Positions 14,351 through 32,607 of a stretch of 64,000 bases of DNA are shown one piece after another (within the stretch, counting starts at the first letter, position 1; every line of letters begins with the position of its first letter). The stretch is from assembly GCA_964016885.1 (NCBI GenBank), contig OZ024744.1:118296001-118360000 (forward strand), written 5' to 3'. Source of the stretch: Eledone cirrhosa (taxonomy: Eukaryota). A program made the position numbers and the translations under genes. The notes beneath the pieces were generated by a model. The model searched no databases. It was not told where the DNA came from and worked only from the letters and a program-made list of their open reading frames with translations.

Positions 14351-15172
14351 TGGCTGATCAGTGGATCTGCTAATATGCAAATCAGACTGAACAGTCACTG
14401 TATATTTTAGCATATATTTTCACTAGCTCTGACAGTTGGCAGGTGAACAGTGAGCTGTACTGGTGAAGGGTGATACCCAGAAACATTAGTGTCTGCAGTT
14501 CTGTTCGCATGCCAATATAAGAGCAAGAATGAAGTGTTCATTCTACTGACATGGCTATAAAAATGAGACTTGTTTGCATAATTGCAAACGAATCGAATGT
14601 TAATATTCGAAAAGCTCAGATTACATTTATTATATATGTATAAAATAGACATATATATATGTCACTTACTTCTTTTTTCAGCAAAGGAAGGGAGAGAAGC
14701 TGACATTCTGTTTCACACTGTTGGTGTTCCTCAGAGCAACGTACTCCCCGACCTCTGCCGAAAATTATAGAGGCTGGATTCTTATAGGATTCCAGTAATA
14801 ATCAAGAACTGATTATACAGAGCGATAGTTATATTTTAAATTTCTTGATTGATATTCTACCACTTCAACAAACTTTTAATTTTTAAAGCTTTAATTTGTA
14901 AATTCATGTACACTCTAATATTAATATAAGCTTCTCTCTCTTCTTTATATATCCTAATAATTATTTAAATCTACCTAGCGTCTAAAAATAACGATTTTTT
15001 TCAGCCCTACGCTTCCACTTCATTTGCATATTCATCAAAATAATTTGAAATATTTGTTCTTTTTCCTTTCTTCCTCTTTTTTTTTTTTCCTCTATCCTCT
15101 CGCTATCGAAACAGAACCTGAACTGTTACGGTCTGATTCCTGGGTATGTCACTATTTATAAAACAAATTTTG

Positions 15173-15233
15173 TATTTTATCTGATGAGGGCGTACCAAAG
15201 TTTTGGTACCCTTGAAATATATATAATAGAATA
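15173..15233 (+). ncRNA. Minimal type-I hammerhead ribozyme motif
   Basis: TATTTTAT-CTGATGA-GGGCGTACCAAAGTTTTGGTACCCTT-GAAA-TATATA-TA^ATAGAATA; stems I and II pair, stem III is a short palindrome. Confidence 0.8.
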
Positions 15234-15324
15234 AATATGGCTTTATAAATACTTTATAAATATAGTTTCCATTTATTAATATCATTGATATATATATAAA
15301 GGATAAGGAACAACAAAAATATGA

Positions 15325-15480
15325 AGATGTTGCATCTCAGAGTTGCAACACTTAATGTTGGCACTCTCACAGGTTGATCTGCTGAAATAGCAGAGATGCT
15401 GGAGAGAAGGCATGTGAATGTATGCTGCGTGCAAGAGGTGAGATGGAGAGGTGCCTCTGCGAGGCTAATTGCAGGCAACC
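15325..15480 (+). mobile_element. RTE LINE endonuclease N-terminal remnant
   Basis: LRVATLNVGTLTG*SAEIAEMLERRHVNVCCVQEVRWRGASARLIAG aligns with the start of the intact RTE ORF. Confidence 0.8.
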
Positions 15481-15512
15481 ATCTTAATATAAATAGATAT
15501 ATATATATATAA

Positions 15513-15575
<63 letters not shown>

Positions 15576-15621
15576 ATAAAATAACAGGAGGCTGGACTGG
15601 TGTAAATCCTTGAAAGGTTTA

Positions 15622-15683
15622 TTATACTATGATCATTTCAATGACCGGGTTCCATATGAATCCGGTGATATCATCAGGTATTG
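15622..15683 (-). ncRNA. Minimal type-I hammerhead ribozyme motif
   Basis: ATAC-CTGATGA-TATCACCGGATTCATATGGAACCCGGTCATT-GAAA-TGATCA-TA^GTAT. Confidence 0.75.
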
Positions 15684-17395
15684 GAATATAACAAAAGAAT
15701 ATGTAAAAAACCATGGGTGTCCGAAAAATCAGAGACAGAGACAAAGAGGACGACTGACCAACTAGCTGCCTTTATCTCGGCCAGTCGCCCTCAAAGTGGT
15801 GGCAACTGAATCTACTAATGAACATCTGGTGAGGGAGCGAAGGCTTATAATGCACTACCACATCTCCGTCAAAGAAAAAGGGGAAGAAAGAAAGAAAGGA
15901 AGAAAGAAGAAAAAAGGAAGAAAGAAAGAAGTCAGCGTAAGGGTCACACTACATTCATGCTAGAAAATGCCGCGAAAAAAATGCTACTCCAAAGAATCTA
16001 TAATGGGTGTCTGTATGGTCTAATGTGTGAACCGAAGATTGGAACGTTAAACTTATGTTGCGAGTTATAGGATGAAATTAAATTAAATTAAAAATATTAA
16101 ATTGCAAAATGATAAATTGAAAAATAAATTATTAGAAAATTAAAGGTTAAGGTAGAGAGATTTATTTAATGAACTTACGGAGAGAGTCTTCTATAAAAAA
16201 ATTTATCTCGATAAGATATTAGGATGGAATATAGAGTAAAGATTTTGATTGCGAGTCCCAGCCAGCACCCCCCTACCAAGAGTCAGCCAGTCTCGAGTGG
16301 TATCGTCCAGCGAAAGAAATGGAAATTAATGTTCCCGAGTACTCTAGGAACGTAGCTACCTTAGGCCCTGGGAGCGCTAGCGAGAACTCCACAATTTTGA
16401 CAGGCCATCGTCTATACCATACAAATATTATTAAATCACACGAGGAGTTTATTTACATGCCAGTAGAGGCATGATACAGCTAATAGTTATGCCCAAACCT
16501 GGAGTTTATAGTTATAAGTATAATATGGCAGCCAAAACAGGCGGCACGGTGGGACCGGGGCAAAGCAAGCCGCTCCAAGTAATTTCATTTACCGAAAGAG
16601 GAGAAATTTATTTTTCCGAGCACTCAAGGAAGGCTGAACTTTCCAAGTGCCCAGCGCGCAGCCGGGAAAAGCCACCACATAAGTCGAAGGTAGCAACCCA
16701 ATGAAAAGTGCAAATAGACCATAATTATTTTAAAGTCCCAGTCAGTCTGGGTTATAAGTAGTGTGGTTCCTAGGTGGGTAGGGGGCTATGAAAAGTGCAT
16801 AATGACCTGAGTAAGGAAAGTTACAAAAAAATAATAAAAGCAGGATACAAAGATAAAATACAATTATAAAGATAGAATACATTGATAAAAATACATTAAT
16901 AAAATAATAAAAAAAATTAATAAAGGTAAATAACTAAGGATGTAGAAAGAGAGAAGTATATAAGAACGTATCGGAGGAATCACAATAGATCAAGTTGTAG
17001 TAAGATAATACAGGTTGTACATATAGATATAGAGGATGGAGGAGATGGAATGGTAACAGGTTGTACCTAGTGTAAAGTTCGGGTCTCCGAATTCAGTATG
17101 AGTCACAAAAAGTCCTGAGGTATAGAGCAGAGAATTCAGTCAAAACAATACATGTTTTAGTATAATAAGTAGAGTTTTGTCGGAATCATCCCGACAAGGA
17201 AGTAGTATCAGGGGGTGGTAGATAAAGCACAGAGCAGCCAAAAGTACTGGCCGAGGTAAAGGCAGCTAGTTGGTCAGTCGTCCTCTTTGTCTCTGTCTCT
17301 GATTTTTCGGACCCATGGTTTTTATACATATTCCTTTGTTATATTCCAATACCTGATATATCCGGATTCATATGGCCCCGGTCATTGAAATGATG

Positions 17396-18094
17396 ATCAT
17401 CATCATCATCATCAACGTTTAACGTCCGTGTTCCACGCTTGCATGGGTTTGGACGGGGGTATTCCCACTTGAGGCAAGAGTGATTGTCTTGCTCGCATAG
17501 GACTGTCTGGCAGCTTTTCTACAGTTGGATGCCCTTCCTAACACCAACCACATTTACAGTGTGGGTCTGGGAGGTTTTTACCGTGTTGCCTACACGGCCA
17601 CATTACAGCGTGGACTGTGTGTTTTTTTGTCGTGACACCTACACGATCTCATTTGTTTCGGTCTGGATGGTGTGGCACCAACATAACTTTACATAGAAGG
17701 GGGCGGTGTGGATGGGATGGGACGGGGGTGTATTTTGTTAGAGATGCCTACTGACTGTAGTAGGTTTTACTTTGTATTTAGGTAAGGCGGGTCTTCTCTA
17801 TTACTGAGTACCGCCAAAGGTCTCGGTCCAGTGACATTGTCTTGGTGAGGTGTAAGTGTGTGAGGTCGGAGTTTATCAGCTCGTCCCAGGTTTTTCTGGG
17901 TCTGCCTATTCCGTGGCTACTGTCTATCTTTATTGCCCTGCACTTTGTTATACAGCTATCGTCCTTCATGCGCATTACGTGACCATACCAACGTAGCCTT
18001 CTCTCTAGTAAACAACATCTGATCCCTCTTATTTCTAATTTTTTCCTTAGTTCGTTTATGCTTTGTCGTTCACGTATATTACTATTACACATCC
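17396..18094 (-). mobile_element. 5'-truncated RTE LINE
   Basis: WMCNSNIRERQSINELR...RRLRWYGHVMR...GRPRKTW, 3'UTR and (GAT)n tail. Confidence 0.95.
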
Positions 18095-18300
18095 AGTATA
18101 ATAAACCTTTCAAGGATTTACACCAGTCCAACCTCCTGTTATTTTATTTTATTTATAATTAACTCCGTATTCGCACCACCAACTACACAAACGAAGATGG
18201 GTGAACTGCACTGCATTGAGTACTCTCCACAATATTACACCAAGATTGACCATACGGAATGACCAATTCTATCCAGTGGTGAACCAACAAACCTAAAGAA

Positions 18301-18840
<540 letters not shown>

Positions 18841-19209
18841 TATATATATATATAAATATATATTTATTAAAATAACAGATTAAAATAACAGATTAAAGTT
18901 TAAGCAAAGAATCGCTGATTTCACCCTTAACGGGATCTTCTGTTATTTTAATAAATATTTGCTCTACGGTTCTTATATATTTGATATATATTTATGCTTA
19001 TCGAGCCCGCTTTGGATTTTAGACTTCAAATTTATTATTATTATTATTACTATATATGAATATATATATATATAAATATGCAAAAGTTCTATTTAAATTG
19101 TTGGGATACAACAAGCAAATATTTTTATAACTGATATAAAGCACTCAACAAGTATTTGGAGTAAACATACGATATTAATAAATGGAAACTATATTTATAA
19201 AACCATATT

Positions 19210-19275
19210 TATTTCATTATACATATTTCAAGGATACCATGTTAAATTATGGTATGCCTTCATCAGACAAAATAC
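19210..19275 (-). ncRNA. Minimal type-I hammerhead ribozyme motif, relative of the 15173 copy
   Basis: TATTTTGT-CTGATGA-AGGCATACCATAATTTAACATGGTATCCTT-GAAA-TATGTA-TA^ATGAAATA. Confidence 0.75.
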
Positions 19276-19374
19276 AATATATACCAGTTTTATAAATAAA
19301 CATTGACGTACCCTATTAAAATGCGACCGTTACTTTTGGAAGACATCAGGATATCTTCCTGTTCAATTTTTCAC

Positions 19375-19405
<31 letters not shown>

Positions 19406-19462
19406 TTATATATATATATATATATTTATTTATATATATATATATTTATATATATATATATA

Positions 19463-23085
<3,623 letters not shown>

Positions 23086-23093
23086 TACATATA

Positions 23094-23474
23094 TGTAAAG
23101 TTATGTTGGTGCCACAACATCCAGGCCGAAACAAATGAGATCGTGTAGACACAGTCCACGCTGTAATGTGGCCGTGTAGGCAACACGGTAAAAACCTCCC
23201 AGCCCCACACTGTAAATGTGGTTGGTGTTAGGAAGGGCATCCAGCTGTAGAAAACCTGCCAGACAGTCCACGCTGTAATGTGGCCGTGTAGGCAACACGG
23301 TAAAAACCTCCCAGCCCCACACTGTAAATGTGGTTGGTGTTAGGAAGGGCATCCAGCTGTAGAAAACCCGCCAGATAGTCCTATGCGAGCAAGACAATCA
23401 CTCTTGCCTCAAGTGGGAAAACCTCCGTCCAAACCCATGCAAGCGTGGAACACGGACGTTAAACGTAGATGATG

Positions 23475-23476
<2 letters not shown>
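23094..23476 (+). mobile_element. RTE 3'UTR fragment with an internal ~113-bp duplication
   Basis: ACAGTCCACGCTGTAATG...GTAGAAAACC occurs twice; (GAT)n tail. Confidence 0.9.
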
Positions 23477-24750
<1,274 letters not shown>

Positions 24751-26330
24751 AGACAGACAACAGGATTACCCATGGGATCCAGCCTATCGGGCCTGCTGGC
24801 CATCACCTATATGAACCAGCTAGAATGCCAAGCCCTCAACACCTGCCATTCCCACACCTTCTTCACCCGATATGTAGATGACATACTCATCCTTACATCA
24901 TCCCGTGAGGAGGCGGATAAAATATACACAACATTCTCCAGCATGGACACCAGTATAAAGTTCAGCATGGAACACCCCGATGACCGTGGATCCCTATCCC
25001 TACTGGACTTCCAACTCAGGGTAACAGAGGAAGGCAACATCCACACCTGCTTCTACAAAAAAGCCGCCAGCAGGGACCTGTTCGTACATTTCAGATCGGC
25101 CCTCCCACTCGGTGCCAAGTTCGGATACATAAGGAACGAACTAACACGTATCCGGAACAAATGTACCAACGCTGGAGACCAAGGCGCACACACCACACAT
25201 TTCCTGGAAGTACTCAAACTGAACGGATACACGACATCCACCACAAACCGTGCCAGAAAGAACAGAGGACACCACACCCGAGGCACTAACACTTGCTTCC
25301 TGAAGCTCCCACACTTCAGTCACGAAACAACAACAGCCATCTGCAGGGCTAACAGACGAGAGGGACTAGATATCCAACTGGCCCGCTCAGGTCCTTCTCT
25401 ACGCGGTCAGCTAACCAAAAGACACTCCACCAGACATGACAACCGCTGCATGCTAGCCAACTGCCCCATCAACGACACAGACCTATGCCACCAGGCTTAC
25501 GTCGTATACAGACTAGAGGGTGACAAATGCAGCAACTTCTGCGTAGGTAGCACCATCAGACCACCCCACATAAGAATAAAAGAACACCTCAATACTAACG
25601 CTTCCTCATTTAAGAAACACCTAGTTAAATGCAAGAACACCGACAAAACCATAACAGTTAGGATAGAAACTAAGGAAAGAAACCTCAGCAATCTTAGAAT
25701 TAAGGAAGCACTAATTATAGACAAAACACAACCACCAATCAATAATAGACTAGAACTCAACACCCAATTTATAACTTGATAGAGCATCTAGCCCCATATT
25801 TACACACCCCCCCTTCCCACACACACGCTTACACCTCCACTTATTCTCTCTCATACACACACAAAGACCAGTTCTAACAAGATAACATCTATCCCCCACA
25901 TTTACGTATAGACATATCTTCTCACACTCACACACACGCACACATATTTACACCTTCTCCCACACACTTAAACATGCATGTACAAAAAAAAAACCTTTTA
26001 AAGGAAGACTACTCTTTATCCACCTAACCTTAACTCTTTGATATTAGAGATAGAACAGATACTCTATACCATTTCCTGTCAGCATGACTTTGCAAGCTAT
26101 TTAGAACACTGGTTTAACCGCTTTACTTCCCTCCGAAGAAGTAAATTATCTCGAAAATTAAGGACATTTAAATAAATCTAAGGTAAAAGACTAATTGTCA
26201 ACAATACCTTTTGCATTTGCATTTTTTATTCTATGTCTATACCTGCATTGTTTTGGCTTTATTATACATATACAAACGTTTATACCTCATTACACAATGC
26301 TTCAAGTGAACTATAACTTCCGCCCATATA
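24751..26330 (+). mobile_element. 5'-truncated Penelope-like element (partial RT, GIY-YIG endonuclease, 3' pseudo-LTR)
   Basis: ORF 24772-25779: [27 protein letters not shown]...FCVGST...RIKEH, KEALII...PPIN; flanked by (TA)n. Confidence 0.92.
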
Positions 26331-26492
26331 TAAATATATATATAAATATATAAATATAAAGATATACATATAAAGATATACATATAAATATATATATATA
26401 TAAATATATATATATATAAATATATATAAATATATATATATATATAAATATATATATATATAAATATATATATATATAAATATATATATATA

Positions 26493-26524
<32 letters not shown>

Positions 26525-26546
26525 AATATATATATATAAATATATA

Positions 26547-26578
<32 letters not shown>

Positions 26579-26680
26579 AATATATATATATATATGTGTG
26601 GATAATGCAGTTTTAAATCAACATGTTGATTTAAAACTGCACTATCCACAAGTGTTTTTTAGCCTTCATATCATGTTCTC

Positions 26681-26752
26681 CTGTTTTATCTGATGAAAAC
26701 ACAAACATTATTGCATGATGATGTTTGTTTTTGAAATGCGCATAATAAAATA
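26681..26752 (+). ncRNA. Type-I hammerhead ribozyme motif with long stem II
   Basis: GTTTTAT-CTGATGA-AAACACAAACATTATTGCATGATGATGTTTGTTTTT-GAAA-TGCGCA-TA^ATAAAAT. Confidence 0.82.
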
Positions 26753-27226
26753 CATGGAACTCCTTTAACCATCTTTTGATCTTATATATTATGTATACTC
26801 CAGTCCTACAAACTGTAGAGTGCTTCTTATCCGATATCTGCATTGCTTTATTGTACTACAATAAAACTCACCTCCTACATATATATAAATAAATATATAT
26901 ATATAAATATATATATATATAAATATATATATATAAATATAATATATTTAGAAACACTCCTTTGTTCTGTCCTACGCCATTTGGTATATCTGTATATGTA
27001 TATCTTTATATTTATATATGGGAGGAAGTTATAGTTCACTTGAAGCATTGTGTAATGAGGTATAAACGTTTGTATATGTATAATAAAGCCAAAACAATGC
27101 AGGTATGGACATAGAATAAAGAATGCAAATGCAAAAGGTATTGTTGACAATTAGTCTTTTACCTTAGAAACAAAATGGCGTAGGACAGAACAAAGGAGAG
27201 GCATAAAAACAAAGAAAAGAATCCCC

Positions 27227-27270
27227 AGTCACTGAAGAGGTCACAGAATGTGTGACGAAAGAACTTTGAC
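27227..27270 (+). ncRNA. Minimal hammerhead ribozyme motif
   Basis: GTCA-CTGAAGA-GGTCACAGAATGTGTGAC-GAAA-GAAC-TT^TGAC. Confidence 0.7.
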
Positions 27271-27510
27271 AATATATAAACAACTATCTGGTTGTGGAAC
27301 CAACCAACCAACCAGAAATTTAATTTATAAATTCCTAAATTTATAAATTTATTATAATAAATTGAAGTGAAACAACTGGTGCGTGTGTTTCTTATTGGCA
27401 ACATGACCCTCCCAAAGTATAACAATATAAATATATATATAAATATATATATATATAAATATATATATTTATATATATATAAATATATGTATATAAATAT
27501 ATAAATATAT

Positions 27511-27847
27511 GGAGGCACATAGCTTAGTGGTTAGAGCATTGGCCTTGCAATCGAAAGGTTGTGAGTTCAATTCTCAGACCGGGTGATGTGTTGTTTCCTT
27601 GAGCAAGACACTTTATTTCACATTGCTCCAGTTTACTCAGCTGTAGAAATGAGATGATATGACTGAGGTCCATATCATTCCACTGCAAAGTGGTCCTGGA
27701 GGTGCCACGGCAAAAAAGCACCCAGCACTCACTGTAAATGAGGTTGGTGTTAGGAAGGGCATCCAGCTGTAGAAATCAAGCCAGAATCAGTTCCCGTCCC
27801 ACCCTTGCAAGCAGGGAAAAGCGGACGTAAAATGATGATGATGATGA

Positions 27848-27851
<4 letters not shown>
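27511..27851 (+). mobile_element. tRNA-derived SINE with RTE-derived 3' tail
   Basis: A box TAGCTTAGTGG, B box GAGTTCAATTCT, central CCTTGAGCAAGACACTT domain, tail matching 22706-22862, (GAT)n end; second copy at 43384. Confidence 0.9.
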
Positions 27852-27909
<58 letters not shown>

Positions 27910-27942
27910 ATGGTCCTTCACTTTTTCTTCTACAACATGGAT

Positions 27943-27974
<32 letters not shown>

Positions 27975-30900
27975 GTAGTAATAATAAATTTGAAGACTAA
28001 AATCCAAAGAGAGCTCGATAAGGATAAATATATATCAAATATATAAGAACCATAGAGCAAATATTTATTAAAATAACAGATTAAAGTTTAAGCAAAGAAT
28101 GGCTGCTTTCACCCTTAACGGGATCTTCTGAAACTAACAAAGTCAATATAATTTTATGTGTAGTTGGTGTATACATTCGTATGCGTGTGGGTACAGGTGA
28201 TGCGTGGGTTCTGTATGTGTGTGCGGGGTTTTTTTTCTTTTGTTTTGTGTACGTGTGTGTATTTGTATACCTATGGCGAGTGTTTTCGCGTATGCTTTAG
28301 TATGTACGTATATGGATGCGTGTACGTATTTATTTAATTTCGATTACCTCTGAATTTTATTTACTTTATTCTTAACTCTGAAGCCGAGAATCATTCGGTT
28401 TCCTAGTTAGAATTTTAGTCTACGACTTCTGCTATACCATTTACGTGGTTTTGTCTTTGCGTGCTATTGTTCTTCCCGCTCCACATGACGTATTATCTTC
28501 GTTTTTTTCCGTTCATTGCCAGAGAATGTCTCTATGAATCACCTAATAGAATCTTAGTCTACGACCTCTTTTATACCATAAACGTGGTTTTGTCTTTGCG
28601 TGTAATTGTTTTTCACCGCTCCAAATAATGATGTATTATATTCGTTTTTTTCCTTTCTTTGCCAAGGTACGTTTCCACGAACCAAAGTATCGTCTTCCTG
28701 TCTTCCTCCGGTTGCAATGTTTATTGAAATATTCACTTCCGCGTTCACAAATTGACTTTGTTAGTTTCAGAAGATCCTGTTAAGGGTGAATAGCGATTCT
28801 TTGCTTAAACTTTAATCTGTTATTTTAATAAATATTTGCTCTACGGTTCTTATATATTTGATATATATTTATCCCAATCGAGCCCTCTTTGGATTTTAGT
28901 CTTCAAATTTATTATTATTACTATTTGGCTCCCTCGGTTGAGCACTATTGACATATTCATCATGCAGAAACAACATCTGAATATTTCTACAAAGAACATA
29001 CCCGTACCAAGCAGGAAGACATACCTAAAACTCCTGATACAGAAAACAGACGCGTTCATTAAAAGGTTGCGTTGGCGTGCCTTTTATTCCGATAATCCGC
29101 GAAAAGCTGACAACAAACAGGATAAATTTGGGTTTAAAACCTATAATAACTGGACCCTATTTCTCCCCACTTTACCCTGAAGGATCACAAATCCAATTTT
29201 CCGAACAACCCCTCTATTCGGCTTATTAACCCTACGAAGTCCGATTTAGGTAGACTTAGTAAAAGGATTCTCGATAGAATTATACCTGAAATTAGAAGTT
29301 TAGCCCCTCTTGCACTGTGGAACAATTCTTTCACGGTGATTGATTGGTTCAACGGCATATGCAACATGGACCATTGCTGCGTTATCCAATTCGACATCAA
29401 TAATTACTACTCCTCCATCACTTTACCACTTCTCCTTAGAGCTATCAATTTCGCTAAAACACTCACAGTGGTTAAGGTTTTCGTAGTTGATGTCATCCTC
29501 AATGCCCGTTAGTCGGTGATTAATTTCGACGACTCTATTTGGATTAAAAAATCCAATAGTACCCATTCGACGTGAGTATGGGCGCCAGCGATTTTGCAGA
29601 GGTTACTGATCTTATCGGCCTTTTCCTTCTTTTCTCTATCAAGGACGAATTCCCCAACGTGGGCGGTGGTTTGTACCGTGATGATGGTCTTTTGACCATG
29701 ACTAAGTGCGGCCCTCGTGCTTGCGACAGGTTCAGAAAAGAACTCTCAGCCTTCTTTAAAGGCTTCAACCTCTCTATACAGGTTGAGGCCAACCTCTTGG
29801 TCGTTAATTTATCGAATGGCTTGTATTACCCGTATAGAAAGCCAAATGATACGCTTAATTACATAAGTAAGCATTCCAACCATCCTGCCAGCATAACCAA
29901 GAACCTGGTAAGAAACGTTTCGTTGAGGCTTTCCCGTCTATCTACTAACGAGCATATTTTCAACGACCATTCCACTTATTACAATGAAGCTCTTGCTCAG
30001 AGTGGATTTGTCGATAAGGTAGCATATACAGAGACCTAGAAGAAATAGATCCCGTCGCATTATATGGTATAACCCACCATATAATATGGAGGTGGCCACA
30101 CCATTAGCTAAGATCTTTCTCTCCCTTATTATGAAGCATTTTCCCCCTACACATAAATATAGTAACATTTTTAATAGAAATACTATTAAAATTTCTTACT
30201 CTACGACTCCTAACCTTGCACATAACATCACAGCTTCAAATTTAGCTAAACTACCTAGCCGTAGGAACACGTGCAACCCTGTAGTTAGTACTAACTGTAA
30301 TTGTAAGAATCGGGTTGATTGCCCCCTATCCGGGAAATGCCTCTCTAGTAACATTGTCTACAAATGTAAGGTTGAAACACCCACGTCCCGTAGGGCCTAC
30401 ATAGGGTTAACCGCCAATAGTTTCAAGCAACGTCTTTACATGCATACCCATTCTTTTCGTTACCCTCTAAAAAGGAATATGACATCACTTTCAGCTTATA
30501 TCTGGAGTCTATATAAGTTACACTGGGAGATCCTAGCTAGGGCTAGATCGTATAACGGAAATAAAAGACCACGTGACCTCTGCGCCGCTGAGGCTCTAGA
30601 AATACTCTACGCCACAGACCACATCTTAAACAAAAAATCTGAGGCAATTTCGGCTTGTAAACATAAATTGCACAAAACTTTCCTGTATTACAGCCCCACG
30701 TTATACCCCAACGGATAGTACGATCTATACGTGGATATTTTACGTCTTGATGTGGGAGCTAAGTATATGTTTTGTTTATTCCTTTACTTATTTGCATTGG
30801 TAAGTATATATTACCCGTATGTTTTGTGAAGGTACGTATACTTTCTCGTACGTATATTTGATTGTTATGGCGTATATTTTTATATATTCTGGTACATATG

Positions 30901-31107
30901 CTTTTGGTTATGTGTATACAGGAGTTTTGCGTCTGTGTGAGTATGCGGGTTCGTACGTATGTAGGGTGTGTGTAGATGTGTACTTCATGTTTTGGTTGAC
31001 TTACGTCTCCGAACATTCGTGTATTTACATGTAGGTATGTGTGTGCGTTTGTTATATACGTATTTATTTATTTATTTATATACGTTTATTTAATTACTTA
31101 TTTATTT

Positions 31108-31159
<52 letters not shown>

Positions 31160-31755
31160 TTATATTTGCATGGTTTGTATAGCTATGGCGAGTGTTTTCG
31201 CGTATGCCTGTGCATGTACGTATTTGGATGCGTGTATGTATTTATTTAATATCAATTACCTCTGTATTGTATTTTATTTACTTTGTTCTTAACTCTGTAG
31301 CGGAGATTCATTCGGTCTCCTAGTTAGAATTTTAGTCTACGACTTCTGCTATACCATTTACGTGGTTTTGTCTTTGTGTGCAATTGTTCTTCACGCTCCA
31401 CATATGACGTATTATCTTCGTTTTTTTCCGTTCATTGCCAGAGAATGTCTCTATGAACCACCTAACAGAATATTAGTCTACGACTTCTTTTATACCATAA
31501 ACGTGGTTCTGTCTTTGCGCGTAATTGTTTTTCACCGCTCCTATTAATGACGTATTATATTCGTTTTTTCCCGTTCTTTGCCAGGGAACGTTTTCACGAA
31601 CCAAAGTATCGTCTTCCTGTCTTCCTCCGGTTGCAACGTTTTTTGAAATATCCAGTTCTGCGTTTACAGATTGACTTTGTTAGTTTCGGAAGATCCCGTT
31701 AAGGATGAAAGCAGCGATTCTTTGCTTAAACTTTAATCTGTTATTTTAATAAATA
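27975..31755 (+). mobile_element. Penelope-like element, probably Hydra clade, with direct pseudo-LTRs and a short inverted pseudo-LTR copy at the 5' end
   Basis: pLTRs ~28150-28925 and ~31160-31755; inverted partial copy 27975-28146; flanked by (TA)n. Confidence 0.88.
28962..30718 (+). pseudogene. Disrupted Penelope-like RT + GIY-YIG ORF
   Basis: KNIPVPS...FIKRLRWRA, MGASDFAEVTDLIG, GLYRDDGL, PYRKPN...HSNHP, WYNPPY, CNCKNRVDCPLSGKC, IVYKC...YIGLT; broken by stops and frameshifts. Confidence 0.88.
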
Positions 31756-31851
31756 TATATTTATATATATATATATATAAATATATATATATAAATGGGA
31801 CAATTCCTGTCTAAACCCATGCTAGCGTGGAAGATAGAAGTTAAACGATGA

Positions 31852-31884
<33 letters not shown>

Positions 31885-31992
31885 AATAGAGGTGTAACAC
31901 ACAAGTTATGATATATTGGTAAACAGAAAAGACGTTGTCAGCATTTTCTTTTCCGTTTACCAATATATATATATATAGTTTTAATATAGATG

Positions 31993-32043
31993 AGATTCTA
32001 CAGGACTAGAACTGTTTCATTCTTTAGAAATCATCAGGAATCT
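31993..32043 (-). ncRNA. Type-I hammerhead ribozyme motif
   Basis: AGATTC-CTGATGA-TTTCTAAAGAAT-GAAA-CAGTTCTAGTCCTG-TA^GAATCT; 6-bp stem I, GUA triplet; partial inverted copy at 32362-32412. Confidence 0.82.
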
Positions 32044-32561
32044 GGCTTTCAAAAATAAATGTGGTATTTATATCTTTTCAGGTGGTAGGAGGGTAGGGAG
32101 TGGGATGGGTGGAGGTCATTGGTTGAAAGAAAAGGGAATTCATTAAAAGCTAATTCTTTAAGGCTATAATTTATATTTAGAATGACAAAGGCAGAAAGGA
32201 TTCTATAAACAGGTTCAGAATGGGGTGCCATTCCTTATTTTTAAGTTTCTCTTAAGCTAACAATGCCTATATTTCAGGTGTCTATAAGATGGCTGTGGGT
32301 CAGTCATGGTTGATGGATTTAAAAAGGGAAATTCTTTAAAAGCTAATTCTTTAAAGCTCTACTAAAGAATGAAACAGTTCTAGTCCTGTAGAATCTCATC
32401 TATATTAAAACTTTTATACTCTGCTATGTATTGAGTACTTTACTTACTGTGGTTACCTCCCATTCAACCCAGAGACACAAACAAAATTAAATAAATAAAT
32501 AAATAAAATAAAAATGGCGTGAACATTACAATACAACACAATAGGAGGGAACATGATAATA

Positions 32562-32607
32562 GTACCACTGATGATGTTGCAGATGTGCAACGAAAGAACT
32601 TTGTTAG
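32562..32607 (+). ncRNA. Minimal hammerhead ribozyme motif, relative of the 27227 copy
   Basis: TACCA-CTGATGA-TGTTGCAGATGTGCAAC-GAAA-GAAC-TT^TGTTA. Confidence 0.65.

Larger units (their letters stand above)
15571..18300. mobile_element. Decayed Penelope-like element with inverted, hammerhead-bearing pseudo-LTRs
   Basis: 15571-15785 is the inverted repeat of 17245-17395 plus 18095-18157; no intact ORF inside. Confidence 0.6.

Noticed and set aside
15790-17245. Possible GIY-YIG coding remnant on the minus strand
   Set aside because: Only faint Cys-containing hints; too decayed to call by eye
26128-26165. Hammerhead-like CCGAAGA...GAAA in the first Penelope 3' region
   Set aside because: Stems II and III are weak and the core is altered; plausible but not supportable alone
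27511-27585. tRNA gene (also 43384-43455)
   Set aside because: No acceptor stem closure; continues into a SINE body and LINE tail
28962-30718. Selenocysteine recoding as in Naiad Penelope elements
   Set aside because: Interruptions include TAG stops and frameshifts, consistent with ordinary decay
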